Below, in pieces: positions 8,301 through 15,391 of a DNA stretch of 64,000 nt (positions are counted from its first letter, which is position 1; each line of letters starts with the position of its first letter). Below the pieces are notes generated by a model that was given only the letters and a program-made list of their open reading frames with translations, had not been told where the DNA came from and searched no databases. The DNA lies in NCBI GenBank assembly GCA_965223155.1, contig CBDCVR010000013.1, positions 32,001 through 96,000 on the forward strand, written 5' to 3'. Both the position numbers and the translations under genes were made by a program. Source of the DNA: Candidatus Multivoradales bacterium. GTDB lineage: Bacteria; Acidobacteriota; Thermoanaerobaculia; Multivoradales; JAHEKO01.

Positions 8301-10484
8301 GTTTCGGCGACTGCGAGTCTCTCGGCCGGGGCCGCCCCGACGATCACTCAGCAGCCGGCCGCGACGTCGGTCATCGCCGGCGGGGACGTCGGGTTCGCGT
8401 GCGCGGCAACCGAGGACGCCGGCGGGACGATCGCGTACCAGTGGCAGAAGGATGGCGTGGATCTGGTGGACGGCGGGTTGATCTCGGGGGCGACGACGGC
8501 GTCGCTTGCGATCGTCAACTCGGATGCCTCGGTCGAAGGCGACTACGCCTGCGTGGCGACGGGGACGTTTGGTTCGACGGCTTCGGATGCCGCGGCGCTG
8601 ACCTTCGAATGGTGGCGGGCGTATCCGATCGCGAAGATCTCATCGTCGAACTTCCACCCGTCGCCCCAGGACGAGCAGTTGGATGACCTGACGAACATCG
8701 TCTGGACCCGGGACTATGTCGGACAGACGAGTAGCTGGGGCGAGGGTTTTACGGTTCGGATGGCTCCGTTGCCCGATCCGGACACGGACCTGGGCCACGA
8801 GGTCTGGATGTTGGCGCGCTGGCTGAAGTCGGCAACCAGTGTTCAGGTGAAGCTAGTGCAGAACGGTTCGTCGATCGGCTGGAAGTACGTCAATCTGGGG
8901 AGCTCGTTTACCTGGGTCAAGTGGTCGGTGCCGGCCCAGACGGCAGCCAACATCACGGACTACTCGGATCTTCAGCTTCAGGTCAACAAGTACCACTGCT
9001 GTGGGCCCAACTCCTATGCCGACAGCCGTGTCGAGATCAAGGCCCTGGAACTGCGGATCCCACAGCAAACGGATCCCGTGCAGCGAGTCCTGCCGATCGC
9101 GACAACGGCCAACGACGGGTTCTCTCCGACGCCGCTCCACGAGAACCTACAAGACGAGGGCGCGGGAGTCACGAGCACGACGAGTAACGGCACCCGCGAC
9201 TATTTCAATGTCCGGATGGCCCCGATGGTGGATCCGATGACGGATTCTGGTCACGTGCTCCGGATTACGGCGAAAGCCGTCCACAAGGAGCCCGTGACCG
9301 TGCGCGTCAAGCTCATCGCCGGAGGCGTGACCACGGGACTTGGTAACTATCCGTTCAATTTCGCTCCGTCGGTCTTGCGTATCGCGGTGCCGGCTTCGGC
9401 CGCCGCGACGATCACCGACTACTCGGACGTGGTCGTCCAGGTGTACAAGTTTCATGAGATCTATGGCAACAACTGGGACCGGGCGCCGGAGATTCAGAAG
9501 ATCGAGTTCGAGGTGCCGTATCCGGACCTGACGATCACGCAGCATCCCACCGGGCAGACGGTGGGTTTGGGTGAGACGATCTCGATGAGCTGCTCGGCGG
9601 CGAGCGCCTGGCCGGTGAGCTACGCGTGGAAGAAGGACGCAGCGCTCCTGGGCGGCGGCGGCCGGATCGCCGGGGTCGCGACCCAGACGCTGACGATTAC
9701 GGACAGCCAGGTCGGCGATACCGGCTCCTACACCTGTGTCGCGACCGATCAGTCCGGCTCGGTCGAGTCGAATCCGGCGCTGGTGTGGTCGGGCACGGCG
9801 CCTCCGGGATCGTGCGGCGCGACCACGGGCATCGTCTCGTGGCTGGTCGGGGACCGCGGCATCACGAGCTCGGCCGGCGACGTCTCGCTTTGGGGCGATC
9901 AGTCGAGCCTGGGCAACGACGCGAGCCAGCCGGCTTCCGGGGTCCAGCCTTCGGTAGGTGCGGCCCTCAACGGACGCGGTACGGTGTTCTTCGATGGGAC
10001 GGATGAGTATCTGGATCTCCCGGCAATGGCCAGTCACTTCACCAACGGTGGCGAGCTGTTCGTTGTCATGAAACATGCGAGCGCGGCGCCTTCGCAGCCA
10101 AAGTCCCTGTTTCCTGTCGACCTCAACTCAGGAAATTTCATCCCGCACTTTGTCTGGTCGAACGGATACGCGTACGACGGCTTCCTGTCGACCGTTCGAA
10201 AGGTCCCGGGGAATCCTACTCACGACATCAGCCAATGGCGGGTCGTCAACATTCGCTCTCAAGACGGCGAGTATGCCTTTGAGATTGACGGGAGTGTTCT
10301 GCATGCGACAGCAACGAACACCTTTGCGGTCCCGAGGACGGCGGCACGAATCGGTCGCGGTGGGTACCATTCGAACTACTACTTCAACGGCAACCTGGCC
10401 GAGATCTGCCTCTTCAACCGGGTCCTGACCGCCGGGGAGCGGGCCGCGACGCTCGGGTATCTCCAGAGTGAGTGGGGGCTCTAG
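2394..10484 (+). CDS. Giant (2696 aa) secreted modular protein: 5x NBR1-Ig-like, GH-A-like TIM barrel, 2x PKD, 6x Ig I-set, 4x unnamed ~150-aa repeat, C-terminal LamG/ConA-like domain
   Basis: GGGGAG before ATG 2394; signal peptide ending AAAA; (K/L/R)NxGxxxW NBR1 repeats; FEVSNE; WEFGDG/WDFGDG PKD motifs; YQWQKDG...DAGAYRC Ig motifs; C-terminal FNGNLAEICLFNRVL. Confidence 0.85.
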   Translation: MGNGGLDIASRKAAPRRWGTFLAGFVILAASALGLVSPAAAANVARPVYDAPDDLPDDMMCGDSVSGYVRMKNKGQPWKRLADGGAGQRLTTADNPLVKAGTRVYKLKAGTTVRRGKVYDFPVTLTAPEHSNYTTFVEYTAVWEMGLPDGSTFPHPYEHTVRVWCPRRTQNNAIVVGHNLPGSVPCGETVGESGDLWVEMKNVGGRTWRPRRKKGDGQHLYTPDNPFHPEVSIPLPVNTTVQPLETHRFPVRLTAPEAYGVHDVTFRMRPHKGKPFGEELPWTLTSQCANNDAQFVETKTTVPATMSCGAEGDYHVAFLNTGDTRWKKGKYSLRLFDGPFGTKNLKVRGQDVRPTRDRRFPVRLVAPSENGTHTTTWRMHTGAGVPFGEATTLSIDVTDCQEPEPLDAAPVPSGIDFPSTMQCGSTYPATLTMRNTGTKNWKERKPHHRLRPVAGKNDRFWRRIRMVKLPDGVVVGENGTHPFEMTLSAPILDPSEPEVMNLSTSWTMVEVREDETEAFGTPYGQDIEVVCLDYDSEEVKKNASVQVAPGGSIRFVIEVKNSGRRNWVTPELRDISGTFVKRSYGGTVASQGSHVFGFTRTAPSAIGTYATQWQIWEPTAGLFGAVISIQVTVSEGSSEVGSCTGGGSAAKLPRLGILGFNPRYLTQDGNAAYVLTGAHSWSVVQKHERMNKLEGYMSKLRGKGHNFTRGWYWEDCFYDPIPYSASQYKCMDPGKSFLPTADEPGNGYNQAYADLLKARLNEAADNDLYMSTMLFQGWSLPISLRKEEGGVDGWARNPYRKEFADGRALHSDGILDEQIYYANYILNQTKGCTNTFFEVSNESVVTGQVAGEKWQRLVVTEIKKKICGQKPCLAWASCWFGASNTALIGTGADLVSFCGNDPDSPDWAGGDAVLIFDTDHVDAENPNPKRAWKAFLRGQHPILMDLETEDLVWYKPGQNFPNQTQKNGSRDYGLALGEIQAIIDKINDNGDYVQGSEGIARSKSRLKHLAPVAPAQEGIVGSSSPNFALFSSGTPCPGFSANQKCGLAAPNGKEFVVYAEQGVQVCSLTVGSSYLASWKNPFANGYFLEDIKRDGVSNCETFGYPQAAGDFAVLHLTRLENPPSASIAAFRAGQELPAPVKISTRQQLDLYGSDSTTDPLTYAWEFGDGHAGPAEEQVDHIYEEPGVYVVELEVTDDDGQTAFAELEITAVDGPVATFVTSPRAEGGVVTVLDGDEVGFDATYSTSDPLHPIVSYEWDFGDGTAADGAALAETTHTFVVGPGVSETSYTVGLRVRDDLDAASDLETVVVRVQLAPAIVVQPQDATATEGETVSLSCVATGAPPLVYRWLKNDEELLDGVGVSGAGTATLTLSALEEPDSGRYRCRVENPVGEAESEEAEMSVGAAPTIVTSPVTIETNRGGEADLRCWVEAAEPLTWQWYKDSAAAADGGPIAGVDSQTLRITNADGLEAGEYYCSVSNPLGSMTSGIFTVRHIPWKAYPIATISSEGFTNTAETEPIHEALNDQENLATSTADDGVLDSLRVGMAAVDDPNTDYGHEVYVWGNALDAATCAIEVRLSQGSIELASGSLVLEDEATSEDGWVRLEVPAEAAANISDYGDVQIEVEKIHDPANVCRAELERIVFRVPPSPTPVEIAVPVATESNEGFSAEPIHEQLDDADNVATSTVADGTLDAFVVRMGAVSDPGVDEGHVVRVWGAALDAEPVEVRLSLYQGPALLATLDVSFPSWTKVVRIELPTALAALITDYTDLRLGVEKTHAGVNGSDRRVEIRKIEFEVPIPPAITQHPSGQTIGVGQTANFTCAASGSESLVYQWQKDGVDLVDGGSISGAETESLTITNAQLADAGAYRCVAMESDASAYSDEAVLDVGVPPAITADPEPATAPLGGQASFSCSATGSGTLAYLWFQDGVGLVDSARISGASTPTVTMTDLEAGDVGEYSCQVASPYGSAVSATASLSAGAAPTITQQPAATSVIAGGDVGFACAATEDAGGTIAYQWQKDGVDLVDGGLISGATTASLAIVNSDASVEGDYACVATGTFGSTASDAAALTFEWWRAYPIAKISSSNFHPSPQDEQLDDLTNIVWTRDYVGQTSSWGEGFTVRMAPLPDPDTDLGHEVWMLARWLKSATSVQVKLVQNGSSIGWKYVNLGSSFTWVKWSVPAQTAANITDYSDLQLQVNKYHCCGPNSYADSRVEIKALELRIPQQTDPVQRVLPIATTANDGFSPTPLHENLQDEGAGVTSTTSNGTRDYFNVRMAPMVDPMTDSGHVLRITAKAVHKEPVTVRVKLIAGGVTTGLGNYPFNFAPSVLRIAVPASAAATITDYSDVVVQVYKFHEIYGNNWDRAPEIQKIEFEVPYPDLTITQHPTGQTVGLGETISMSCSAASAWPVSYAWKKDAALLGGGGRIAGVATQTLTITDSQVGDTGSYTCVATDQSGSVESNPALVWSGTAPPGSCGATTGIVSWLVGDRGITSSAGDVSLWGDQSSLGNDASQPASGVQPSVGAALNGRGTVFFDGTDEYLDLPAMASHFTNGGELFVVMKHASAAPSQPKSLFPVDLNSGNFIPHFVWSNGYAYDGFLSTVRKVPGNPTHDISQWRVVNIRSQDGEYAFEIDGSVLHATATNTFAVPRTAARIGRGGYHSNYYFNGNLAEICLFNRVLTAGERAATLGYLQSEWGL

Positions 10485-10643
10485 CCCGGACGTCTCACGT
10501 CGTCAGGCTCAGGAAGCCGTGGGGCACCGCATCTGCTGCGGTATCCAGGCGCTGCGCTCCTCAACGTAGCTTTCGCCGGCCTGCGATGCTCACGCCTGGA
10601 TGCCCTGCATCTTCAGCCTGATGGGGTGAGACGTGCAGGCTAG
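10481..10643. mobile_element. CTAG-bounded palindromic MITE/REP-like element, copy A
   Basis: Terminal inverted repeats CTAGCCCGGACGTCTCAC / GTGAGACGTGCAGGCTAG (2 mismatches in 18), inner arms ATCCAGGCG/CGCCTGGAT, core GCTCCTCAACGTAGCT shared with copy B. Confidence 0.7.
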
Positions 10644-10705
10644 CGGACGTTCTCGGCAGGGTTTGGGTCGCAGGCGATGGCGTCGGACCGGTCCCGTGCC
10701 GCCCG

Positions 10706-12256
10706 CTATCTGAGCGCCCGCTTCAGGATCTTGCCGGTCGGCCCTTTGGGGAGCTCGTCTAGGATCTCGACCAGGCGCGGGTATTTGTAGGCGGCGAGGC
10801 GCTCCTTGCAGTAGGCGACGAGGTCGTCGGCGCTCGGCCGCTCGCCGTCCCTGAAGGCGACGACCGCTTTGACCTCCTCGCCCAGCCGGTCGTCGGGCGC
10901 GCCGATGACGGCGGCTTCGAGGATGGCGGGGTGGGCGTAAAGGATCTCTTCGATCTCGCGCGGGTAGACGTTGAAGCCGCCCCGGATAATCATGTCTTTC
11001 TTGCGATCCACGATGAAGTAGTAGCCGTCCTCGTCCCGGGTGGCGATGTCGCCGGTGTGGAACCAGCCGTCCACGATGGACTCGGCGTTGGCCTCGGGCC
11101 GGTTGAAGTAGCCCTTCATGACGTTGTGGCCCTTGATCAGGATCTCGCCGGGCGTGTCGATTTCCTCGACGATCGAGCCGTCGTCGGCCTCCAGCCGGAA
11201 CTCGACGCCGTGGATCGGGATGCCGACCGAGCCGGCCTTCTTGGGGCGGTCCAGAACGTTGAACGAGGCCACCGGCGAGGTCTCGGACAGGCCATAGCCT
11301 TCGAGGATGTTGACGCCGTATTTCTCGTCAAACGCGGTCATCACCTCGACCGGCATAGCCGCGCCTCCCGAGATACAGAACTGGAGGCTCGAGAGATCGT
11401 AGCTGTCGGCCTCCGGATGATGGAGGAGAGCGAAGTACATGGTCGGCACGCCGCCGAAGAAAGTCACCCGGTGCTCTTGCATCAGCTCCAGCGCCGCGGT
11501 GGGATCGAAGCGCGGCAGCAGAATGACCGTGCCGCCGACCGCGAGGGTGGCGGTCAGGATGACGCTCTGGCCGAAGCTGTGAAAGAGGGGCAGGGCCGCC
11601 AGGGCGACGGTGTCCTCGGGCAAGGGCAAGAGCTTGGTCGAGGTGTAGTAGGCGTTGAAGAAGGAGTTGAAGTGGGTGAGCTCGGCACCCTTGGGACGCC
11701 CCGTGGTGCCCGACGTATAGAGGATGACGGCGGTGTCGTCGGGCATGGTGGGTTCGATCTCGGTGAGCGGGTCGGCCTCGGCCAGGAGGGTCGAGAAGTC
11801 CTCGGTGGTCTCCGGGGGCTGAGACCCGGCACCGGCATCCGCGCCCGCGGGCTCGCCCTGGGGGCGGACGGCGACCAAGAGCCGGCAACCGTCCGCGTCC
11901 GCGACCGCCTCCGATGCCGGCTCGAGGCAGTCGAGCCAGGCGACCAGCGCCACGGCCTGGGAGTCTTCCAGGTGGTAGTGGATCTCCTCGGCCTTGAGGA
12001 GGACGTTGAGGGGCACCACGACCGCGCCGGCGTAGAGAATCCCGTAGTAGGCGATCGCGAATTGGGGCACGTTCGGCACCAGGAGAGCTACGTGGTCGCC
12101 GGGCGCGACCCCCCGCTGCCGTAGCGCTCCCGCGAAGGCTTGGGCCGAGCCGTGGAGCTCGCGGTAGGACAGCCGCGCGTCACCGAGAACGATGGCGGTC
12201 TTGTCCGGAACCCGATGGGCCGAGTCGCGGAGCAGTTGGGCCAGGTTGAGACTCAT
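10706..12256 (-). CDS. fadD: Long-chain-fatty-acid--CoA ligase (AMP-binding enzyme)
   Basis: YTSGTTGRPKG, EGYGLSET, GWFHTGD and PKGPTGKILK adenylate-forming motifs. Confidence 0.9.
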   Translation of the reverse strand: MSLNLAQLLRDSAHRVPDKTAIVLGDARLSYRELHGSAQAFAGALRQRGVAPGDHVALLVPNVPQFAIAYYGILYAGAVVVPLNVLLKAEEIHYHLEDSQAVALVAWLDCLEPASEAVADADGCRLLVAVRPQGEPAGADAGAGSQPPETTEDFSTLLAEADPLTEIEPTMPDDTAVILYTSGTTGRPKGAELTHFNSFFNAYYTSTKLLPLPEDTVALAALPLFHSFGQSVILTATLAVGGTVILLPRFDPTAALELMQEHRVTFFGGVPTMYFALLHHPEADSYDLSSLQFCISGGAAMPVEVMTAFDEKYGVNILEGYGLSETSPVASFNVLDRPKKAGSVGIPIHGVEFRLEADDGSIVEEIDTPGEILIKGHNVMKGYFNRPEANAESIVDGWFHTGDIATRDEDGYYFIVDRKKDMIIRGGFNVYPREIEEILYAHPAILEAAVIGAPDDRLGEEVKAVVAFRDGERPSADDLVAYCKERLAAYKYPRLVEILDELPKGPTGKILKRALR

Positions 12257-12322
12257 GACATGCCTCCCGGCGGGTCCGGTCTCGGAGAACGGGACGCGCG
12301 GCGCCCCGTCGCTGTTGTTTCC

Positions 12323-12952
12323 CTAAGCTCCAGCCCCGCTTTGAGCGCGGTTTCGATACAAGTCGGGATCGACTACGGTCGCCATTTTGTCAACATCCAG
12401 GTCCAGCGCCAAGAAGTCACGAATCCTGCGCGCCTGGGCCAGGGGATCGGCCAGGACGTCCGAATAGCGCACCTCGATCCACTCGAAATGGGGCTGGCGC
12501 CGAAGCTGGTACTGGGCCCGCCACAGATCGCTCTCGAAGAGCTCCTTCATGCGCTCGTCCTCAGTGGTGGAATCCTCGCCGCGCCGGTCCAGCATCTTGG
12601 CCTGAGAGGCGAGCACTTCATCCAGCTCGCGGCGCATGAAGACCACCCGATAGTTGTTGTCGGCGGGAAGCGAGCGCAGCAGATTCGAGATGACCTTGAT
12701 GCCCTGGCCCCTGCTGGCTCGCACCCAGGCCTTGTCCTCCATGTTGTGGAGGTCCTTGACGCGCTCGTCCTCGTAGTAGCCCTTGGGATTGTCCTCGTCG
12801 GCCGAGCGCAGGCCGTCGGTGATGAGCGGCAGGCCGCCGGCCTCGAGCATCTTCATGGTCATCGAGGTGCCGGATCGGGGCAGGCCCGAGACCACGACGA
12901 CCGGTTTCCCGTACCGGATCGCCCGGTAGATCTTCTGGAAAAAATTAGGCAT
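12323..12952 (-). CDS. Sulfotransferase family protein (P-loop, PAPS-binding)
   Basis: VVSGLPRSGTS 5'-PSB motif, NPKGYYE, FMRR...VLASQ 3'-PB-like motif. Start taken at MPNFFQK. Confidence 0.8.
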   Translation of the reverse strand: MPNFFQKIYRAIRYGKPVVVVSGLPRSGTSMTMKMLEAGGLPLITDGLRSADEDNPKGYYEDERVKDLHNMEDKAWVRASRGQGIKVISNLLRSLPADNNYRVVFMRRELDEVLASQAKMLDRRGEDSTTEDERMKELFESDLWRAQYQLRRQPHFEWIEVRYSDVLADPLAQARRIRDFLALDLDVDKMATVVDPDLYRNRAQSGAGA

Positions 12953-13135
12953 TTTCAGTTTTCCCGAGTCGGTATAAGATTTTGGTTGCACGCGGGGCGA
13001 TCGATCGAGTCGCTGCTACCGAGTCCCGGGTGCGAACCCCCGAACATCTCGATCCGCACATCCCGGCTCGCATCATCTAAGGCCGATCGCGAGCTCCGCC
13101 CCGAATTGCGAAGACTATCCCGAGTCCCTGTGAGA

Positions 13136-15391
13136 ATGAAGACACCGAACCATCCCGAAGCCGAGAAATCCCCGATTCCGGCGGCCGGCCCTGACCGCGG
13201 CCGCCGAGCCCGAGTCTCCGCGCGGAACCTGGCGTCCGCGGCGGCCGTTCTGGGCACGCTGAGCACGCTGAGCGCGGCCGGCCCGGCGGCGGCTTACGTC
13301 GGCCCGGGGGCCGGCTTCGCGCTGGCGTCGTCCTTCTTCGCGGTCTTCCTGACCGTGGTCATCGTGATCGCGGTTCTTCTGGTCTGGCCGTTTCGCAAGC
13401 TCTTCCACCTCGCGAAGTACGGCCGCAAGCCCAAGGGACGCATCAAGCGGCTGGTGGTCGTGGGCCTCGACGGGCAGGACCCGCGCCTGACCGACAAGTT
13501 CCTGGTCGAGGGCAAGCTGCCCAACTTCCAGAAGCTGGCCGACGAGGGCTGCTACCACCGCATCGGCACCACCTATCCGGCGGTCTCGCCGGTGGCCTGG
13601 TCTTCGTTCTCGACCGGCACCCATCCGGCCAAGCACAACATCTTCGACTTTTTGAGCCGGGACAAGAAGACCTACCTGCCGCTTCTGTCCTCGGCCGACA
13701 TCGGCGGCGTCGAGAAGTTCCTGGAGCTGGGCAAGTTCCGGCTGCCGATGCACAAGCCCGAGATCCGGCTGCTGCGCAAGTCCAAGCCCTTCTGGACGCT
13801 CCTGGGCGAGAAGCGCATCTGGAGCACCGTGCTGCGCGTGCCGATCACCTTCCCGCCGGACCGGTTCTACGGCGCCGAGCTCTCGGCCATGTCGGTGCCG
13901 GATCTCCTGGGCACTCAGGGGACGTTTCTGCTCTTTACCACCCGGCCCGCGGACGAAGCCTTCAAGGAAGGCGGCCTCCGGGTGGAATTGGCAAGGAATG
14001 GCTCGGGACTGGGCGCGACGGTCGAGGGCCCAGAGAACATCTTTCTGCGAGACGGCCGGCCGATGGAGCTGCCGGTCAAGGTCACGCCGGCGTCCGACGG
14101 CGCTTCGGCCGAGGTGTCGCTCAACGGTGAGACGGTCGAGGTCCGGCGCGGCGAGCTCTCGGACTGGGTGCCGCTGTCGTTCCCGGCGGCTTTCGGCGTC
14201 AAGGCGTCGGGCATCTGCCGGCTGCTCTTGCTCGAGGCCGGCGAGCACACCACGCTCTACATGACCCCGATCAGCCTCGATCCCGAAAAGCCCGCGATGC
14301 CGGTGTCCCACCCGAGCTACTACTCGACCTATCTGGCCAAGCAGATCGGCCCGTTCTCGACCATGGGCCTCGCCGAAGACACCTGGGCGCTCAACGAGGA
14401 CATCGTGGACGACGGGGCCTTTCTGAAGATGTCCTACGACATCGACCAGGAGCGCCAGGAGATGTTCTTCTCCAGCCTCGACCGGGTGCGGGAAGGCTCG
14501 GTGGTCTGCGTCTTCGACGGCACCGACCGGATCCAGCACATGTTCTGGCGCTATATGGAGGACGGGCACCCGGCCGCCGAGGGCCGCGATCCCGGCGAGC
14601 ACAAGGACGCCATCGAAGCCCTCTACGAGCACAACGACAAGTTGATCGGCCGGGTGATGGAAAAGCTCCGGGACGGGGATCTGCTGATGGTGCTCTCGGA
14701 CCACGGTTTTACCTCCTTCCGGCGCGGCATCAACTTGAACGCCTGGCTGCTGGAGAACGGCTACCTCGCGCTCAAGGATGGAGCCGACGGCAGCTCCGAC
14801 TGGCTGCGCGACGTGGACTGGTCGAAGACCCGGGCCTACGCTCTGGGCCTGACCGGCATGTACTTGAACCTCAAGGGGCGCGAGGCCGAGGGCATCGTCG
14901 AGCCCGGCGAGGAAGCGGCCGCGCTCAAGGCCGAGCTCATCGAGCGCATGGGCGGGCTGGTGGATCCCGAGACCGGGGAGACCGCGATCAACGCGCTCTT
15001 CGATACCGCCGAGCTCTACCAGGGTCCCTATCTGACCAACGCCCAAGATCTGGTCGTGGGCTACAACCACGGCTACCGGATCTCCTGGGAGGGCGCCACC
15101 GGAGTGATCTCGGGGCCGATCTGGGAAGACAACGTCAAGGCCTGGAGCGGCGACCACGGAGTCGATCCGCGGATTGTGCCGGGAGTGTTCTTCTGCAACC
15201 ACGAGCTCGACCGCGAGGATCCACATCTGGTGGACATCGCGCCCACGGTGCTCGAGCTTTTCGGCCTCGAGCCGCCCGCCCACATGGACGGCAAGCCGCT
15301 CTTTGCGGCCGGGCGCGGTTTCGAGGCGGGGTCGCCGCAGGCGGCGTCGGAAGAACCGGGGGAAAACTCGCAGGAGGCGTCTGCGGCATGA
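13136..15391 (+). CDS. AlkP-superfamily phosphodiesterase / nucleotide pyrophosphatase with signal peptide, YVGPGAG motif and TM anchor
   Basis: GLDGQD, PAVSPVAWSSFSTG, DRIQH, SDHG and SGDH metal/nucleophile motifs. The ORF-track N-terminal extension to 12140 is antisense to the sulfotransferase and is not real. Confidence 0.85.
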   Translation: MKTPNHPEAEKSPIPAAGPDRGRRARVSARNLASAAAVLGTLSTLSAAGPAAAYVGPGAGFALASSFFAVFLTVVIVIAVLLVWPFRKLFHLAKYGRKPKGRIKRLVVVGLDGQDPRLTDKFLVEGKLPNFQKLADEGCYHRIGTTYPAVSPVAWSSFSTGTHPAKHNIFDFLSRDKKTYLPLLSSADIGGVEKFLELGKFRLPMHKPEIRLLRKSKPFWTLLGEKRIWSTVLRVPITFPPDRFYGAELSAMSVPDLLGTQGTFLLFTTRPADEAFKEGGLRVELARNGSGLGATVEGPENIFLRDGRPMELPVKVTPASDGASAEVSLNGETVEVRRGELSDWVPLSFPAAFGVKASGICRLLLLEAGEHTTLYMTPISLDPEKPAMPVSHPSYYSTYLAKQIGPFSTMGLAEDTWALNEDIVDDGAFLKMSYDIDQERQEMFFSSLDRVREGSVVCVFDGTDRIQHMFWRYMEDGHPAAEGRDPGEHKDAIEALYEHNDKLIGRVMEKLRDGDLLMVLSDHGFTSFRRGINLNAWLLENGYLALKDGADGSSDWLRDVDWSKTRAYALGLTGMYLNLKGREAEGIVEPGEEAAALKAELIERMGGLVDPETGETAINALFDTAELYQGPYLTNAQDLVVGYNHGYRISWEGATGVISGPIWEDNVKAWSGDHGVDPRIVPGVFFCNHELDREDPHLVDIAPTVLELFGLEPPAHMDGKPLFAAGRGFEAGSPQAASEEPGENSQEASAA

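Noticed and set aside
12140-13135. 1083-aa fusion ORF with long N-terminal extension
   Set aside because: The extension is the antisense shadow of the sulfotransferase and fadD start; the real gene starts near 13136.
13115-15283. Long antisense ORFs (also 15718-17340, 42099-44327, 56501-57928, 59883-61775)
   Set aside because: Expected shadow frames of GC3-rich genes; no recognisable motifs.
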